A DNA stretch of 64,000 bases from an uncultured virus (IMG/VR IMGVR_UViG_3300025404_000001) (IMGVR_UViG_3300025404_000001); one strand, 5' to 3'. Numbered from the stretch's first letter, positions 28,454-38,252 are shown. Made by a program: numbers and translations. Notes: a model not told the origin generated them from the sequence alone.

Positions 28454-28513
28454 TCTTCTAATCGCACTCTGCTGTGGCCTCGCGCCTCGACTTGTGCGGA
28501 AGGAGATTCACCA

Positions 28514-28555
28514 ATGACAAAGCGTCACGTTCGTAAGGAAAAGAAGCGGAAGTAA
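28514..28555 (+). CDS. 13-aa basic peptide MTKRHVRKEKKRK
   Basis: strong SD AAGGAG. Confidence 0.55.
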   Translation: MTKRHVRKEKKRK

Positions 28556-28653
28556 TCAGCGCAGGTGGGGACTGGACTCGTCCCGCCTCTACCTGACCTG
28601 ATTAAACTTCTCAGCCCACGGCGCGCACTAACCTTCCGAAAGGAGCCACCAAG

Positions 28654-28788
28654 ATGGCCGGAACCCCCGCAATTAAGCAGTCCAGCGTCATCAAGGATTA
28701 TGGCCAATCTCGGAAGTTTCTGCGTGACATGCGTGCCAAGGCCGCAAGGAACTCTGGCGCTAGTCGCAAGAGTTCTGCCCGGACCTAG
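28654..28788 (+). CDS. 44-aa basic peptide
   Basis: SD AAAGGAG; MAGTPAIK...ASRKSSART. Confidence 0.65.
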   Translation: MAGTPAIKQSSVIKDYGQSRKFLRDMRAKAARNSGASRKSSART

Positions 28789-28920
28789 CTCGACCCGGAG
28801 ACGGTGCTGCTGGCCTTCGCGCCTCGTCTTCTTAGCCGCCTGGCCGTATCGGTAGACAGGATCTCAACTATCCTCTCTTACCTGTTCGCAGTTCGGGCAA
28901 CCGGAGCGAAGGAGGTACGC

Positions 28921-28980
28921 ATGGCTTCTCGCGGAGGAAGGCGATCCGTTCGGCGTCGGCGCACCGCCGCTCGCAAGTAG
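28921..28980 (+). CDS. 19-aa protamine-like peptide MASRGGRRSVRRRRTAARK
   Basis: SD AAGGAGGT. Confidence 0.65.
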   Translation: MASRGGRRSVRRRRTAARK

Positions 28981-29159
28981 CAGTCAGTGGATTCGTCCTC
29001 TGTGCTGCGTTCGGCGGCAAGGGTGGGAACTGGTGGGGGACTAGGCCTCGCCCCTCCCCGCCGAAAGCGTTCGATGCGCAAGACAGGAGGAGGGACGGAC
29101 AAGTCAGCGTGGCAACACCTTGATCAACCGTCCCAAGTCCCACTTGAGGAGTTCAACCA

Positions 29160-29261
29160 ATGAAAACGATGAAGTCCGAAGTAGGAACCAAACGCGCGGT
29201 AGCCAGGATGACCCGAAAGGTCGAGCGCCGCGTAGGCAAGAGCAGCGTGGGCAGGAAGTAG
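29160..29261 (+). CDS. 33-aa basic peptide
   Basis: SD GAGGAG; ends RRVGKSSVGRK. Confidence 0.65.
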   Translation: MKTMKSEVGTKRAVARMTRKVERRVGKSSVGRK

Positions 29262-29310
29262 CCTGACCAGCAACCAGCAACTAGCAACCAAAGCAGCGAG
29301 GAGCACAGAG

Positions 29311-29487
29311 ATGGCAAAGATTAAGGAAGCGATGGGCAACACCTTCGATGAGAAGGTCCTTAAATCCCCCCTGACTGTCGGTCGCGTTGGCAACGAGCCC
29401 GGCCCTGACGTGAACAACAATCCGATCGCGCAGCCTAAGGACCCGCTTGGACTCATCCCTGAAGGCGGGCCGAAGCCGGGTTGGTAG
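29311..29487 (+). CDS. 58-aa Pro/Gly-rich protein
   Basis: SD GAGGAG; MAKIKEAMG... Confidence 0.65.
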   Translation: MAKIKEAMGNTFDEKVLKSPLTVGRVGNEPGPDVNNNPIAQPKDPLGLIPEGGPKPGW

Positions 29488-29566
29488 ACGCGTTGTCAAG
29501 CGAGTGCGTAGTCAACCAAGCCTGACTCGGCCCAACCTAACCGTAACCGATTCAAGAGGGAATCCA

Positions 29567-30079
29567 ATGGCAACCTCCAATCCCGCTCTCGTGCAGATGA
29601 TGGCCCGGCAATTGATCGGGAAGCTTGCAGGCGGGGCGGGCGGGCCTGGTGGACCTCCAATTGGCCCTGGCGGACCTATGCCGCCTCCTCCGGGAATGGT
29701 CGGTCAGTCTGGACCTCCTGGACCCGGCGGCCCTGGCGGTTCCAGTCCCGACTCTCCTCCCACAACTCCCGCCGGTCTTCAACTCTCTCAACAGCTGGCC
29801 GAGCTCCAAGGCGCGGACCCCGACGCGATGGTCAAGTCTCTGACCTCTCAGAAGTCCCTTGCCGTGCAGACCTACACGCGAGCTGTCTTCACGATGCCCG
29901 GCGTGTCGCGCAATATGGCCAACGTCGTAAAGTACCTCGACAACGCAATCCAAGAAGCGGAGAAGGCCGCAGCCACCACGGCCGCCGCCGGTCCGATCGC
30001 CAACAACGCAGCCATTCCGAACCCGGCCGGACAACCTGGTATGACCGGAATGGACATGGCTTCACAGCCGAGCGCATAG
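29567..30079 (+). CDS. Pro/Gly-rich head-assembly-region protein
   Basis: SD AGAGGG; lies before the scaffold. Confidence 0.7.
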   Translation: MATSNPALVQMMARQLIGKLAGGAGGPGGPPIGPGGPMPPPPGMVGQSGPPGPGGPGGSSPDSPPTTPAGLQLSQQLAELQGADPDAMVKSLTSQKSLAVQTYTRAVFTMPGVSRNMANVVKYLDNAIQEAEKAAATTAAAGPIANNAAIPNPAGQPGMTGMDMASQPSA

Positions 30080-30112
30080 TTCGGCCATCTAGATCAGAAG
30101 GAGCAGTCCCCC

Positions 30113-31099
30113 ATGGCCCTTAGTGACATTCTCAAGAACGGCAAGTATCCGGACGACATGGTGCTGAACCTGCCAGACGGGTCCACAGTTCAAGTCGGCG
30201 AGATCCGCGCTCTGCCAGCAGCTGAACGTGCAGCCTTGACTCGGCAAATCGAAGAGCGCCAGAACACACTCGGCCACGCCGAACTTGCCTTTGCAGCCAA
30301 GTTCCAGCAGGCTCTGGCCGCTGGATGGATGGATGACAAAGGAAATATCGTCCCGCCCACGACACGCCAGACTGCCACGGACGCTACAGCCGCCACACAC
30401 GCGACCGCTGACCTCCGTCGTGCCGCCGCTGCCGAATACAACCTTGACGAGAACGACCCTCTCCTTGGCCCCGTGGTCAAGGCGATGAAGCAGGAATTGG
30501 CCGAGCGTGACAAGACCCTGACCGAACTTCGCACCAAGCTCGACGCCCTTCCCTCTCAGTTCGACTCACTCAAGAACACCTTTACCGACTCTCTCGGCAA
30601 GGTTACCGGTGTCGTGAACACCTCGGTCGGGCGCTACCTGAACGATCAGTACCAATCACAATTCGCCCAGGCCACCAAGGACCTCCCCAAAGGCGTCACA
30701 GTGGACTACGAGGCCGCTTACAAGTACGCCCACGACCACCAGCTCAAAGATAAGGACGGCTTCCTTCAGATCAACGAAGCAGTAGACCGGCTGACCTGGG
30801 ACGCGCGAAAGAAGGCCGAGCAGAACGAATGGCGAGAGGCTGAGAAAACCCGCCTCGCCAAGGAACTGGAGCAGAATAATAAGTTATCCGCCCTGACTCC
30901 TCCTCAATCGCGTAATCCACTCCATTCCTTGGCTAAGGTTGCTGAAGGCGAATTCAATCCGTTCAACGAACGGAAGAACGCCAAGGGCGAGACAGTCAAG
31001 GTTGTCAAGACGTTTGATGAAGCGATGGCCGCAGCCATGTCGGACGAGGATGTGCTCAAGTCAGCGCTCTCCTCGGCCGGCCTCGGTACAGTGCAGTAG
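30113..31099 (+). CDS. putative scaffolding protein
   Basis: coiled-coil, charged, directly upstream of the capsid gene. Confidence 0.65.
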   Translation: MALSDILKNGKYPDDMVLNLPDGSTVQVGEIRALPAAERAALTRQIEERQNTLGHAELAFAAKFQQALAAGWMDDKGNIVPPTTRQTATDATAATHATADLRRAAAAEYNLDENDPLLGPVVKAMKQELAERDKTLTELRTKLDALPSQFDSLKNTFTDSLGKVTGVVNTSVGRYLNDQYQSQFAQATKDLPKGVTVDYEAAYKYAHDHQLKDKDGFLQINEAVDRLTWDARKKAEQNEWREAEKTRLAKELEQNNKLSALTPPQSRNPLHSLAKVAEGEFNPFNERKNAKGETVKVVKTFDEAMAAAMSDEDVLKSALSSAGLGTVQ

Positions 31100-31203
31100 C
31101 GAGTTTCGTTAGGAGGCAGGCCTGTCCCTCGGTCCCCTCCCTAAACCTCAACCCTTAACCCCGTCGGCGACCTCCCCCGTTCGTTCGACCAGGAGCAGCC
31201 ATC

Positions 31204-32190
31204 ATGGCAAATAGCGTGGTTGGACTGGGACTAGCATCGCCGCCGGTACAGCTCTCAAACACCGTCAACGCGATCTCCCAGAAATTTATCGTCCCCGTCC
31301 TCGGCGACAACGTGTTCAAACCCTCTCCGGTATTCTGGGCCTTGACACGCGAGGGCAAGCGGTTCGGAGCTGGTGAACTGATCTTTCCAGAGATCTACCA
31401 AGAGGAACTGCCGGGCGGCGCCTACTACGGCGACCAGCTTCTCGACACCTCGGTGGTAGACTCAGTGCAGCCGGCGAACCAACAGTGGAAGCCATACCGT
31501 CAGCCGGTAGTCATTCCGATTACCGACATCATCCTGAACCGCGGCGGCTCGAACAATCTCGACATCATCCGCGCCAAGTTCCAGACGGCCTCGGGCTCCT
31601 TCCTTCAGAAGCTCTCGCGCGCTCTCTGGCACAGCTCGCCGCAGAACACCTCGCTTGATGTGGACGATCTGAATTCGTGGGTTGTCACCACCACGAACAC
31701 GATCGCCGGTATCAACCGCGCGCTATCGGCGAACTCGTGGTGGCTACCAGCTACGTCCGTCTCAGGCTCTTCCACTGCACTCTCCTCGACCATCGCCGAG
31801 GCTCCGTACCAGTCCGTCACCTGGGGCTACGACGAGCCTGACCTGTTCGTGATGAATCGCACCAGCTACGCGGCCTTCAAGAACAACTTCGTCTCCAACA
31901 TTCGCTTCGGCCAGGGAATGCAGGATGATGAGGCGTTGCAGGTAGGCTTCCGCAATCACTTCCTGTTCAACAACGCGGTTACGGTCGCTGATTACTTCGC
32001 AACCGCCAATCAGGCTCTGTTGCTGAACTCGAAGTATATCTTCCCAGTTTTCCACGAGGCGGATTACTTCAACGTCGATCCGTTCCTCAAACCCTCGAAC
32101 CAGCGCGTTCTCGTGTCGTGCATGTACCTGACTTGGAATCTCTCGTGCATCTCGCCGCGTATGAACGTTGCCATCACCTCGATCACTTAA
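31204..32190 (+). CDS. major capsid protein
   Basis: 328 aa; LGDNVF..SP, YYGDQLL, WK..., GINR...WW pattern; position after scaffold. Confidence 0.8.
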   Translation: MANSVVGLGLASPPVQLSNTVNAISQKFIVPVLGDNVFKPSPVFWALTREGKRFGAGELIFPEIYQEELPGGAYYGDQLLDTSVVDSVQPANQQWKPYRQPVVIPITDIILNRGGSNNLDIIRAKFQTASGSFLQKLSRALWHSSPQNTSLDVDDLNSWVVTTTNTIAGINRALSANSWWLPATSVSGSSTALSSTIAEAPYQSVTWGYDEPDLFVMNRTSYAAFKNNFVSNIRFGQGMQDDEALQVGFRNHFLFNNAVTVADYFATANQALLLNSKYIFPVFHEADYFNVDPFLKPSNQRVLVSCMYLTWNLSCISPRMNVAITSIT

Positions 32191-32269
32191 CCACGAGCCG
32201 GGCGGGAGAGGCAGACTAGGCGCGGCCTAGATTCAACCTCCTTCCCGCCCTCCCCCAAGGAGAACTCTC

Positions 32270-32704
32270 ATGGCGCTACCTTTTGCAAATCCAGTTTCAC
32301 AGTGCATGCCGGGGTTCGGCTCGCCGTCGTACTATGGGTCAGCCACCTCCGGCACCTCGAACACATCGGCGGTCACGATCATCATCGGTAATACCGCAAC
32401 CACACCTGTTACCGGCGGTACTGGGTTTAACCTTTCCGGTGGCCCGACCCCAACCTCCGGCAAGTGGCATCTGCGGCTGGTCGGCGCGACTTCGACCTCA
32501 GTCCTCTCGCTCGCCGTACAGGTTACCGACGGCAACACCCTCTGGACTGTTGCGACCATTCCAGTAGCTGCGGCCGGCGGCAACGTTGACTATACCGGTG
32601 AGTTCAAGACCGACGTCGCGATCACGCAGGTCTGGTTCAACGTCGGGCTGAGCACAGGCACGAGTTCGCTGGTGCCTATCGACGCAGAGGTATCACTGGT
32701 ATAG
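32270..32704 (+). CDS. putative capsid decoration protein
   Basis: beta-rich, follows the capsid gene, precedes a terminator. Confidence 0.55.
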   Translation: MALPFANPVSQCMPGFGSPSYYGSATSGTSNTSAVTIIIGNTATTPVTGGTGFNLSGGPTPTSGKWHLRLVGATSTSVLSLAVQVTDGNTLWTVATIPVAAAGGNVDYTGEFKTDVAITQVWFNVGLSTGTSSLVPIDAEVSLV

Positions 32705-32787
32705 TTCGACTGAATCGGCGAGTCTCGGCTCGCCGCGTTCGCCGCGTTCGCTGCTGTCTCCTGTCGCCTAACCGCTGCCCACTATCC

Positions 32788-32830
32788 GGCGGGGGGTCCT
32801 ACTGACCGAGGGCCGCCCGCCACTTTTTCT
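32788..32830 (+). terminator. intrinsic terminator
   Basis: GGCGGGGGGTCCT...AGGGCCGCCCGCC-ACTTTTTCT. Confidence 0.65.
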
Positions 32831-32851
32831 TGAGGGAGAAGGGAGTCTGCC

Positions 32852-33145
32852 TTGGCTCAACGTGATGGATACCAAATCGTAGGAACACGCAATGCGAAGG
32901 ACTATGCATGGCGCGGTGCACCGGGTGAACGTCGTGCGTGGTCCAGCGCTTATGCAGACGCCAAAGCCCCAGACAACTGGAACGACAACAAGAACTACAT
33001 GCGTGATGTCGCCCGTGGTGGGCAAGTCTATGACCAAGCTCGTATGAGCCAAGATGCGGACGCCGAAGACGCTCGTATCCAGCGTCGTAAGGCAACGCGT
33101 ACACCTACCAAGCGCACTCCTCCGCGCGCCGCAGGAAGGAAGTAG
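32852..33145 (+). CDS. small protein with basic tail
   Basis: TTG start with SD; ends RKATRTPTKRTPPRAAGRK. Confidence 0.65.
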   Translation: MAQRDGYQIVGTRNAKDYAWRGAPGERRAWSSAYADAKAPDNWNDNKNYMRDVARGGQVYDQARMSQDADAEDARIQRRKATRTPTKRTPPRAAGRK

Positions 33146-33147
33146 TC

Positions 33148-34443
33148 ATGTCCCAATGGTCCCTCGTAGGCGACGTTCTGATGGCCCTGCGCGAAATGGC
33201 TGCAGATCCACCTACCTCTCTCCCCCCTCCTTCCTCTGTAACCGTCACTCCCACGCCTCCGGGCTCGCTCTCGATCTGGTTTACCGTCACCCAGCTAACC
33301 CCCTGGGGAGAATCCGCCCCCTCAACTGAGGTCGTCCTTACGACCGGCGCGATCGGAGCCACCTTTACCGTGGCCGGCAACTGCTCCTACACGGCAACTG
33401 CAATCCGGGTTTACTTCACTCTTGCCGGCACCGGCCTGGAAGATCGTTACTCCTCCTACACAGTCCCTGCCGGAGGTGTTGGCGCATTCTCGCTAGCGTT
33501 TACTCTCTCAGGCACAGGCGCTGGTCAGGGCGCGATCACGCCAGGCTTCGACCCTACTCGCTCCTCGGCCTGGTTACCTGACACCGACGGAACTGCGCTC
33601 TCTGCTGCGGCGCTCTATCGATGGATCAACGAGGGACTGGACGTACTGACCGGCCTGACTGAAGGCATTCGCGACGTGACCGGCATCCCGAGCACCTCTG
33701 GCCAAGCCCAATACCAACTGATCTCCAACTGGCGCAAGATCGACAACCAGTTCTACGACGGTTGGCCGATGACCTCCGGGAACAAATCTGATGTCTTCCG
33801 GCACGCCAATGTCGTTGGGATCTCAGGAACGGGTGTGATCAACCAAGACTCGGTGATTCAGCAGGTTGAGTTCTATCCGCAGTCTTCGCGTACGTCAGGC
33901 AACGGCACGCTTTCTGGTGCGCTCTCGACCAGTGCCACCTCGATCCCTTATACGTCTGGATCGTCAGGATGGGTTCTGGGGTTCGGACTGGCCCTCCTCG
34001 GTCCCTATCCCTCTGATCCTTCTGCCTGCGAACTGGTCTACTACTCAGGCAACGCATCGAATCAGTTGACTGGAGTATCGCGCGGCATGGGCGGGACATT
34101 CGCGACGGCTTGGCCGTTGGGAACCCAGCTGCTCGAATGCAACCTCTACCTGACCGGCCTGCGCTACCCGACTCACTACACGCAAGGGCAGGCGGCCAAC
34201 CAACTTGGCCTCCCTCCGGCTTGGATCGACGCCTTGAAGGATTACCTCTCGTCGCGGTTCAAGGGAGCTGAACAGGACGTAGAGGGTCAAGCCGGGTTGC
34301 TCAAGTCAGTCGAGCAGAAATGTCTCGCGATAAAGGGGAACAGGCAGGTTATGACGAGGCAGAGGGTGCAGGCTGGCGGGGCGACAGGGGTTGAAACAGT
34401 TTCGGGTGCAGGGGGGATGTTTGGGGGCGTGATTTTGCCATGA
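33148..34443 (+). CDS. head-tail adaptor / tail tubular protein
   Basis: LYRWINEG...GQAQYQL adaptor pattern with inserted beta domains. Confidence 0.6.
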   Translation: MSQWSLVGDVLMALREMAADPPTSLPPPSSVTVTPTPPGSLSIWFTVTQLTPWGESAPSTEVVLTTGAIGATFTVAGNCSYTATAIRVYFTLAGTGLEDRYSSYTVPAGGVGAFSLAFTLSGTGAGQGAITPGFDPTRSSAWLPDTDGTALSAAALYRWINEGLDVLTGLTEGIRDVTGIPSTSGQAQYQLISNWRKIDNQFYDGWPMTSGNKSDVFRHANVVGISGTGVINQDSVIQQVEFYPQSSRTSGNGTLSGALSTSATSIPYTSGSSGWVLGFGLALLGPYPSDPSACELVYYSGNASNQLTGVSRGMGGTFATAWPLGTQLLECNLYLTGLRYPTHYTQGQAANQLGLPPAWIDALKDYLSSRFKGAEQDVEGQAGLLKSVEQKCLAIKGNRQVMTRQRVQAGGATGVETVSGAGGMFGGVILP

Positions 34444-36734
34444 GTGCGAAAATCGTAAGTCAAAAAAAGTTTTCAAAACTTGTGGCATCGACTGGAGTTT
34501 TGGCACAGCCTCCCGGTGCCTTGACTCGCCTCTCCAATCTCCTCTTCACGCAGCGCGGCTCTCTCCAGGTTGCTGACGGTTCGCTCTCTATCGGCCAGAT
34601 CCCCTCGACGCTTCTCGCCGCCTTATCCGCCTTCGCCAATCTCAACATCAGCCAATACCCCTGGTACGTCGCACTAGCCTACCCGGCCACGCCTTTTCTG
34701 GCCAATGTTACCGGGTTCACGGCCACTCCCATCGCCGGGGCGAACAACGCTGCCGGAACTTACCAGTTCGCAATCGTAGCCAACTACACCTCAGGCAACA
34801 CAGCCGCACAGACGGCCCAGTTTACCACCGGCTCCACATTCTCTGGTGTGACTTTTAACTGGAATGCTGTGGCCAACGCTATCGGGTATAGCATTTATTA
34901 CGTGTTCACCACAGGACACGGAGCTTCTCAGAAAACCAATTACGTCTTCTTGTTGTCGGTAGCAGTTGTCACCACGGCCACCTTTACTGGAGTTCTTCCT
35001 GTTACTCCGCCGGTCATTCCCCTGCCTATTGTCAACACGACTTACATAATCCAGCTCTACTCTGGCGCTCCGGTCGTTGTTGGGCTTGGCTACACCATCT
35101 CCTTTACGGCGGTCACTGCGGGGCTATTTCCGTTCTCTGGGGTTCAGCCTGTGCCGCCTTCCAACATCGGCGCGTGGCCCGCGAACATTGCACCAGGCAG
35201 TCCTACCTTTACGCCGCAACTCCTTCCGGGGTTCTCTCCTTACGGAGGACTGACCGGCACCGTAGGGCCTATCCCCCAAATCATTCAGTTTGCCGGAAAA
35301 TCCATCCTGATTCTCGGCAACGGCTATGCTCCTCAACTAGTAGATCCCTCTCAAGGTGCAAGCGCTACAGTGTCCGCGCTCGCGAACACCTTCACAGCTG
35401 CCTATCCAGCTTGGCAGGCCGGTGTAGACTGGCTGACCGGATCGCAGGTGACCGACGGCGCAGGCAACTACTACACGGCGACGCAGGGTGGAGTGTCGCA
35501 TACTCCGGGGCCTCCATCCTGGAATACCGGGCTGGGAGCCGAGACCGCCGATGGCTCTGTAATCTGGACCTCGCAGGGACCTATCGTCGCCACTACTGCT
35601 CCCCGTGGTGCCGCGCACGCCGTGTCCTACGCGGGATCGCTCTGGCTGGCCAACACTTCCCCAGCTGACACCTTCGATGGGCTCGACGGACCATCCTGTT
35701 TGAAGATGTCTGACTCGAACAACCCGAACTCGTGGAACCCAGTCAACACTGCGTTCATCGGGCGTAATGACGGAACTCAAATCACCGGCCTGCAAACATT
35801 CACGATCGCTGCCTTGGGGATCTCTCCGACCGGATCTCTCTGTGTGTTCAAGGAGTTTACGACCTATCAGGCCATTGGAGTGTTTGGGTCGACCTCATTC
35901 GAGATTCAACCGGCACAGACCAATCTGGGTTGCATTGCGGCGCGCTCGATTCAGTTCCTTCCGGGATTCGGCGTAGTACGTTTCACCCACCTCGGGTTTG
36001 CTGTGTTTGATGGAATCAACGACCGGCTGATTTCAGAAGACATCCGGCCTTACCTGTTTGGTGGAGTAGACTCCGAGAAAGACCTAACTCCAATCAGCCC
36101 ATTATATGTCTATCTTTCACAATCTGCGCAGTCTACTACTCCTCCAATGTACCTGTGCGCGATGCCGCTGGTTGCTGCAACCACGGCACCGGGAGGCGTG
36201 TTGACTCGTCTCTTCTGCTACGACTTGGTGATGAAATCCTGGGCCGTACTTGATCTTCCCTGGCAGATTACCACTCTCTCAACTATGTCAACCGGAGAGG
36301 GATACCCGCTGATTCTGGCTGGCAAATCCGACGGCAGCCTGCAACGCATGCAAGCGGGAGACACTACCTGGGACACAGGCGCGTCGGATCAGAGCAACGT
36401 TCAGTGGTCTTTTCGCACACCAGACGTGTTCGGCGAGGGCCAGACTCAGCGCATCTTCTACGAGCAGGCCACGATTACCGGCTATGGGTCAGTCGCCATG
36501 GTTCAATCGATCATTGCCTCTCTCTGGCTGGATGGGACCAACCTCGGCTCGTGCGCGATTGACGTTGTCCCGCAAGGGGATTCGATGTTCGTAGCCAGGA
36601 TAAACATTATGCGCTCGGGGCAGCGCGCTCATCTTGACATCTCCGGCTCGAATGGCGGCGCGGCGGGGGTGATCGACTCAGTGGACTGGGCCATTGTGCC
36701 GAAGTCGGCGATGGCCAGGAGGGTTATCTCGTGA
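34440..36734 (+). CDS. tail nozzle / packaged-DNA stabilisation protein
   Basis: beta-propeller-like, GCIAARSI, ISEDI; internal WQA...Y....G......P.W...DG.V.W carbohydrate-binding-like module. Confidence 0.7.
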   Translation: MSAKIVSQKKFSKLVASTGVLAQPPGALTRLSNLLFTQRGSLQVADGSLSIGQIPSTLLAALSAFANLNISQYPWYVALAYPATPFLANVTGFTATPIAGANNAAGTYQFAIVANYTSGNTAAQTAQFTTGSTFSGVTFNWNAVANAIGYSIYYVFTTGHGASQKTNYVFLLSVAVVTTATFTGVLPVTPPVIPLPIVNTTYIIQLYSGAPVVVGLGYTISFTAVTAGLFPFSGVQPVPPSNIGAWPANIAPGSPTFTPQLLPGFSPYGGLTGTVGPIPQIIQFAGKSILILGNGYAPQLVDPSQGASATVSALANTFTAAYPAWQAGVDWLTGSQVTDGAGNYYTATQGGVSHTPGPPSWNTGLGAETADGSVIWTSQGPIVATTAPRGAAHAVSYAGSLWLANTSPADTFDGLDGPSCLKMSDSNNPNSWNPVNTAFIGRNDGTQITGLQTFTIAALGISPTGSLCVFKEFTTYQAIGVFGSTSFEIQPAQTNLGCIAARSIQFLPGFGVVRFTHLGFAVFDGINDRLISEDIRPYLFGGVDSEKDLTPISPLYVYLSQSAQSTTPPMYLCAMPLVAATTAPGGVLTRLFCYDLVMKSWAVLDLPWQITTLSTMSTGEGYPLILAGKSDGSLQRMQAGDTTWDTGASDQSNVQWSFRTPDVFGEGQTQRIFYEQATITGYGSVAMVQSIIASLWLDGTNLGSCAIDVVPQGDSMFVARINIMRSGQRAHLDISGSNGGAAGVIDSVDWAIVPKSAMARRVIS

Positions 36735-37213
36735 GATCGGATGTGGAGCAGGCAGGTGAGCGATCAGGTGATCGATCAGGCAGCCAGAGCAGTCGAGTCA
36801 GGGTCGTCCGCGCACGTAACCTGCGCGAGGACGAGCAAACTACGCTTCCCGTCGCGCTGCTTGACACAGGCATGCCCTACCTTGTTCCTGAATGGGTCTG
36901 GGTTGTTGAAGCCGACATCAACAACCACACCTGTCCTTTCGCTGTCGTCGTCACCTCTTTCTCGCACGGCTGGTTGGTGTTGTGGCGAGTTTTGTCCCTA
37001 ACCCCACTCCCGCTTGAAATTCCGCTAAACTGGTTTATGGAAGCTCTGCCGCAGGTTTTCGCCGAGGCGGCTAGCCGCGGCTGCGTCGGGTTCCTTACCC
37101 TCCTTGCGGATAACCGTCCTGAGGAGGTCAAGCTGGCCCGAATCATTGCCTCGCTGCCCGGCGCGGCAATTCTTCCCTTCCAAGGGTCGATGGGCGTGGG
37201 GAGGTTGATGTGA
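36731..37213 (+). CDS. degenerate GNAT-like protein
   Basis: VRARNLREDE; follows the nozzle gene. Confidence 0.5.
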   Translation: MRSDVEQAGERSGDRSGSQSSRVRVVRARNLREDEQTTLPVALLDTGMPYLVPEWVWVVEADINNHTCPFAVVVTSFSHGWLVLWRVLSLTPLPLEIPLNWFMEALPQVFAEAASRGCVGFLTLLADNRPEEVKLARIIASLPGAAILPFQGSMGVGRLM

Positions 37214-37728
37214 TTGCTGATAGCGTTGAGGTTGAGGTCGAGGCTGAAGTTGAGACTGATATTCCGATCGACACCAGAGCCGGGTCTGAGATCAAACCAG
37301 TCAGCGTCCTCGACATCTTCAACGATGCGAACTATCCTACACTGCTTCAAGCCTATGCCGAAGAGTGCACAGAGCCCGACTCCAACCCACAACAAACAGT
37401 CTACGTAGCGATGGAACAAACTGGAGTGCTACGCTGCTTTGCTGCCTACTCGAACGACACGCTGATTGGTTTCGTGTCCGTTCTTGTCAGTGCCATGCCA
37501 CACAACGGTCAGCGGATGGCTGTAGTTGAGAGCTTGTTTGTAGCACCGGACTACCGCAGTACTGGAGCAGGAGAGAAACTGATCGCTGCTGTGGAGGAGT
37601 TCACTGCAGAATCAGGTTGCGCGAGGCTGACTTTCTTGCCTCGGACTGGAAGTAAACTAGACAAAGTTCTCTCTCGTCGCGCCGGTTACAGCCTGACCCA
37701 CTTGCAGTACACGAGGAGATTTGTGTGA
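37210..37728 (+). CDS. GNAT acetyltransferase
   Basis: ESLFVAPDYRSTGAGEKLI motif A. Confidence 0.8.
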   Translation: MIADSVEVEVEAEVETDIPIDTRAGSEIKPVSVLDIFNDANYPTLLQAYAEECTEPDSNPQQTVYVAMEQTGVLRCFAAYSNDTLIGFVSVLVSAMPHNGQRMAVVESLFVAPDYRSTGAGEKLIAAVEEFTAESGCARLTFLPRTGSKLDKVLSRRAGYSLTHLQYTRRFV

Positions 37729-38252
37729 GCGCTGGAACTACGGCCATCTCGACCTCTGCTACTGGGGCTGCTGCGACCATCCTGACTTTGCCTCCTGTTC
37801 TTCCTCCGATCCTCGCCGCATTGATCCCTCCAACTCCGGCCATGCTTGCTCAATTGGATGAGATCAACCAACTCATCTCAGCCTGTCCGCAAATACCTCT
37901 TACTACCGAACATCTCTTTCACGGCAGCATGTATGCCCGTACGATCCGGCTTCCGGCCAACACGAAAATGATGGGCTCGCTTATCCGGCTTGCCACCATG
38001 TTGATCGTCCACGGGGACTGCTCGGTGTTGATCGGCGACGAGCGGATAGAACTTACCGGCTACAACGTCGTTCCCGGCTGTGCCGGCCGGAAGCAATTCT
38101 TCTGGACTCACGGTCCGGTCGAGATGACGATGATTTTCCCGACCACAGTCCAATCCGTTGCCGAAGCTGAAGACCTAGTCTTTGCCGAGGCAAACCAGCT
38201 CCTATCGCGCAAGGACGGAAGCCACGATACGGTCACAATTACTGGACAATAG
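37725..38252 (+). CDS. cupin-like phage protein
   Basis: HLFHGSMYARTIRLPA...GRKQ. Confidence 0.6.
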   Translation: MSAGTTAISTSATGAAATILTLPPVLPPILAALIPPTPAMLAQLDEINQLISACPQIPLTTEHLFHGSMYARTIRLPANTKMMGSLIRLATMLIVHGDCSVLIGDERIELTGYNVVPGCAGRKQFFWTHGPVEMTMIFPTTVQSVAEAEDLVFAEANQLLSRKDGSHDTVTITGQ

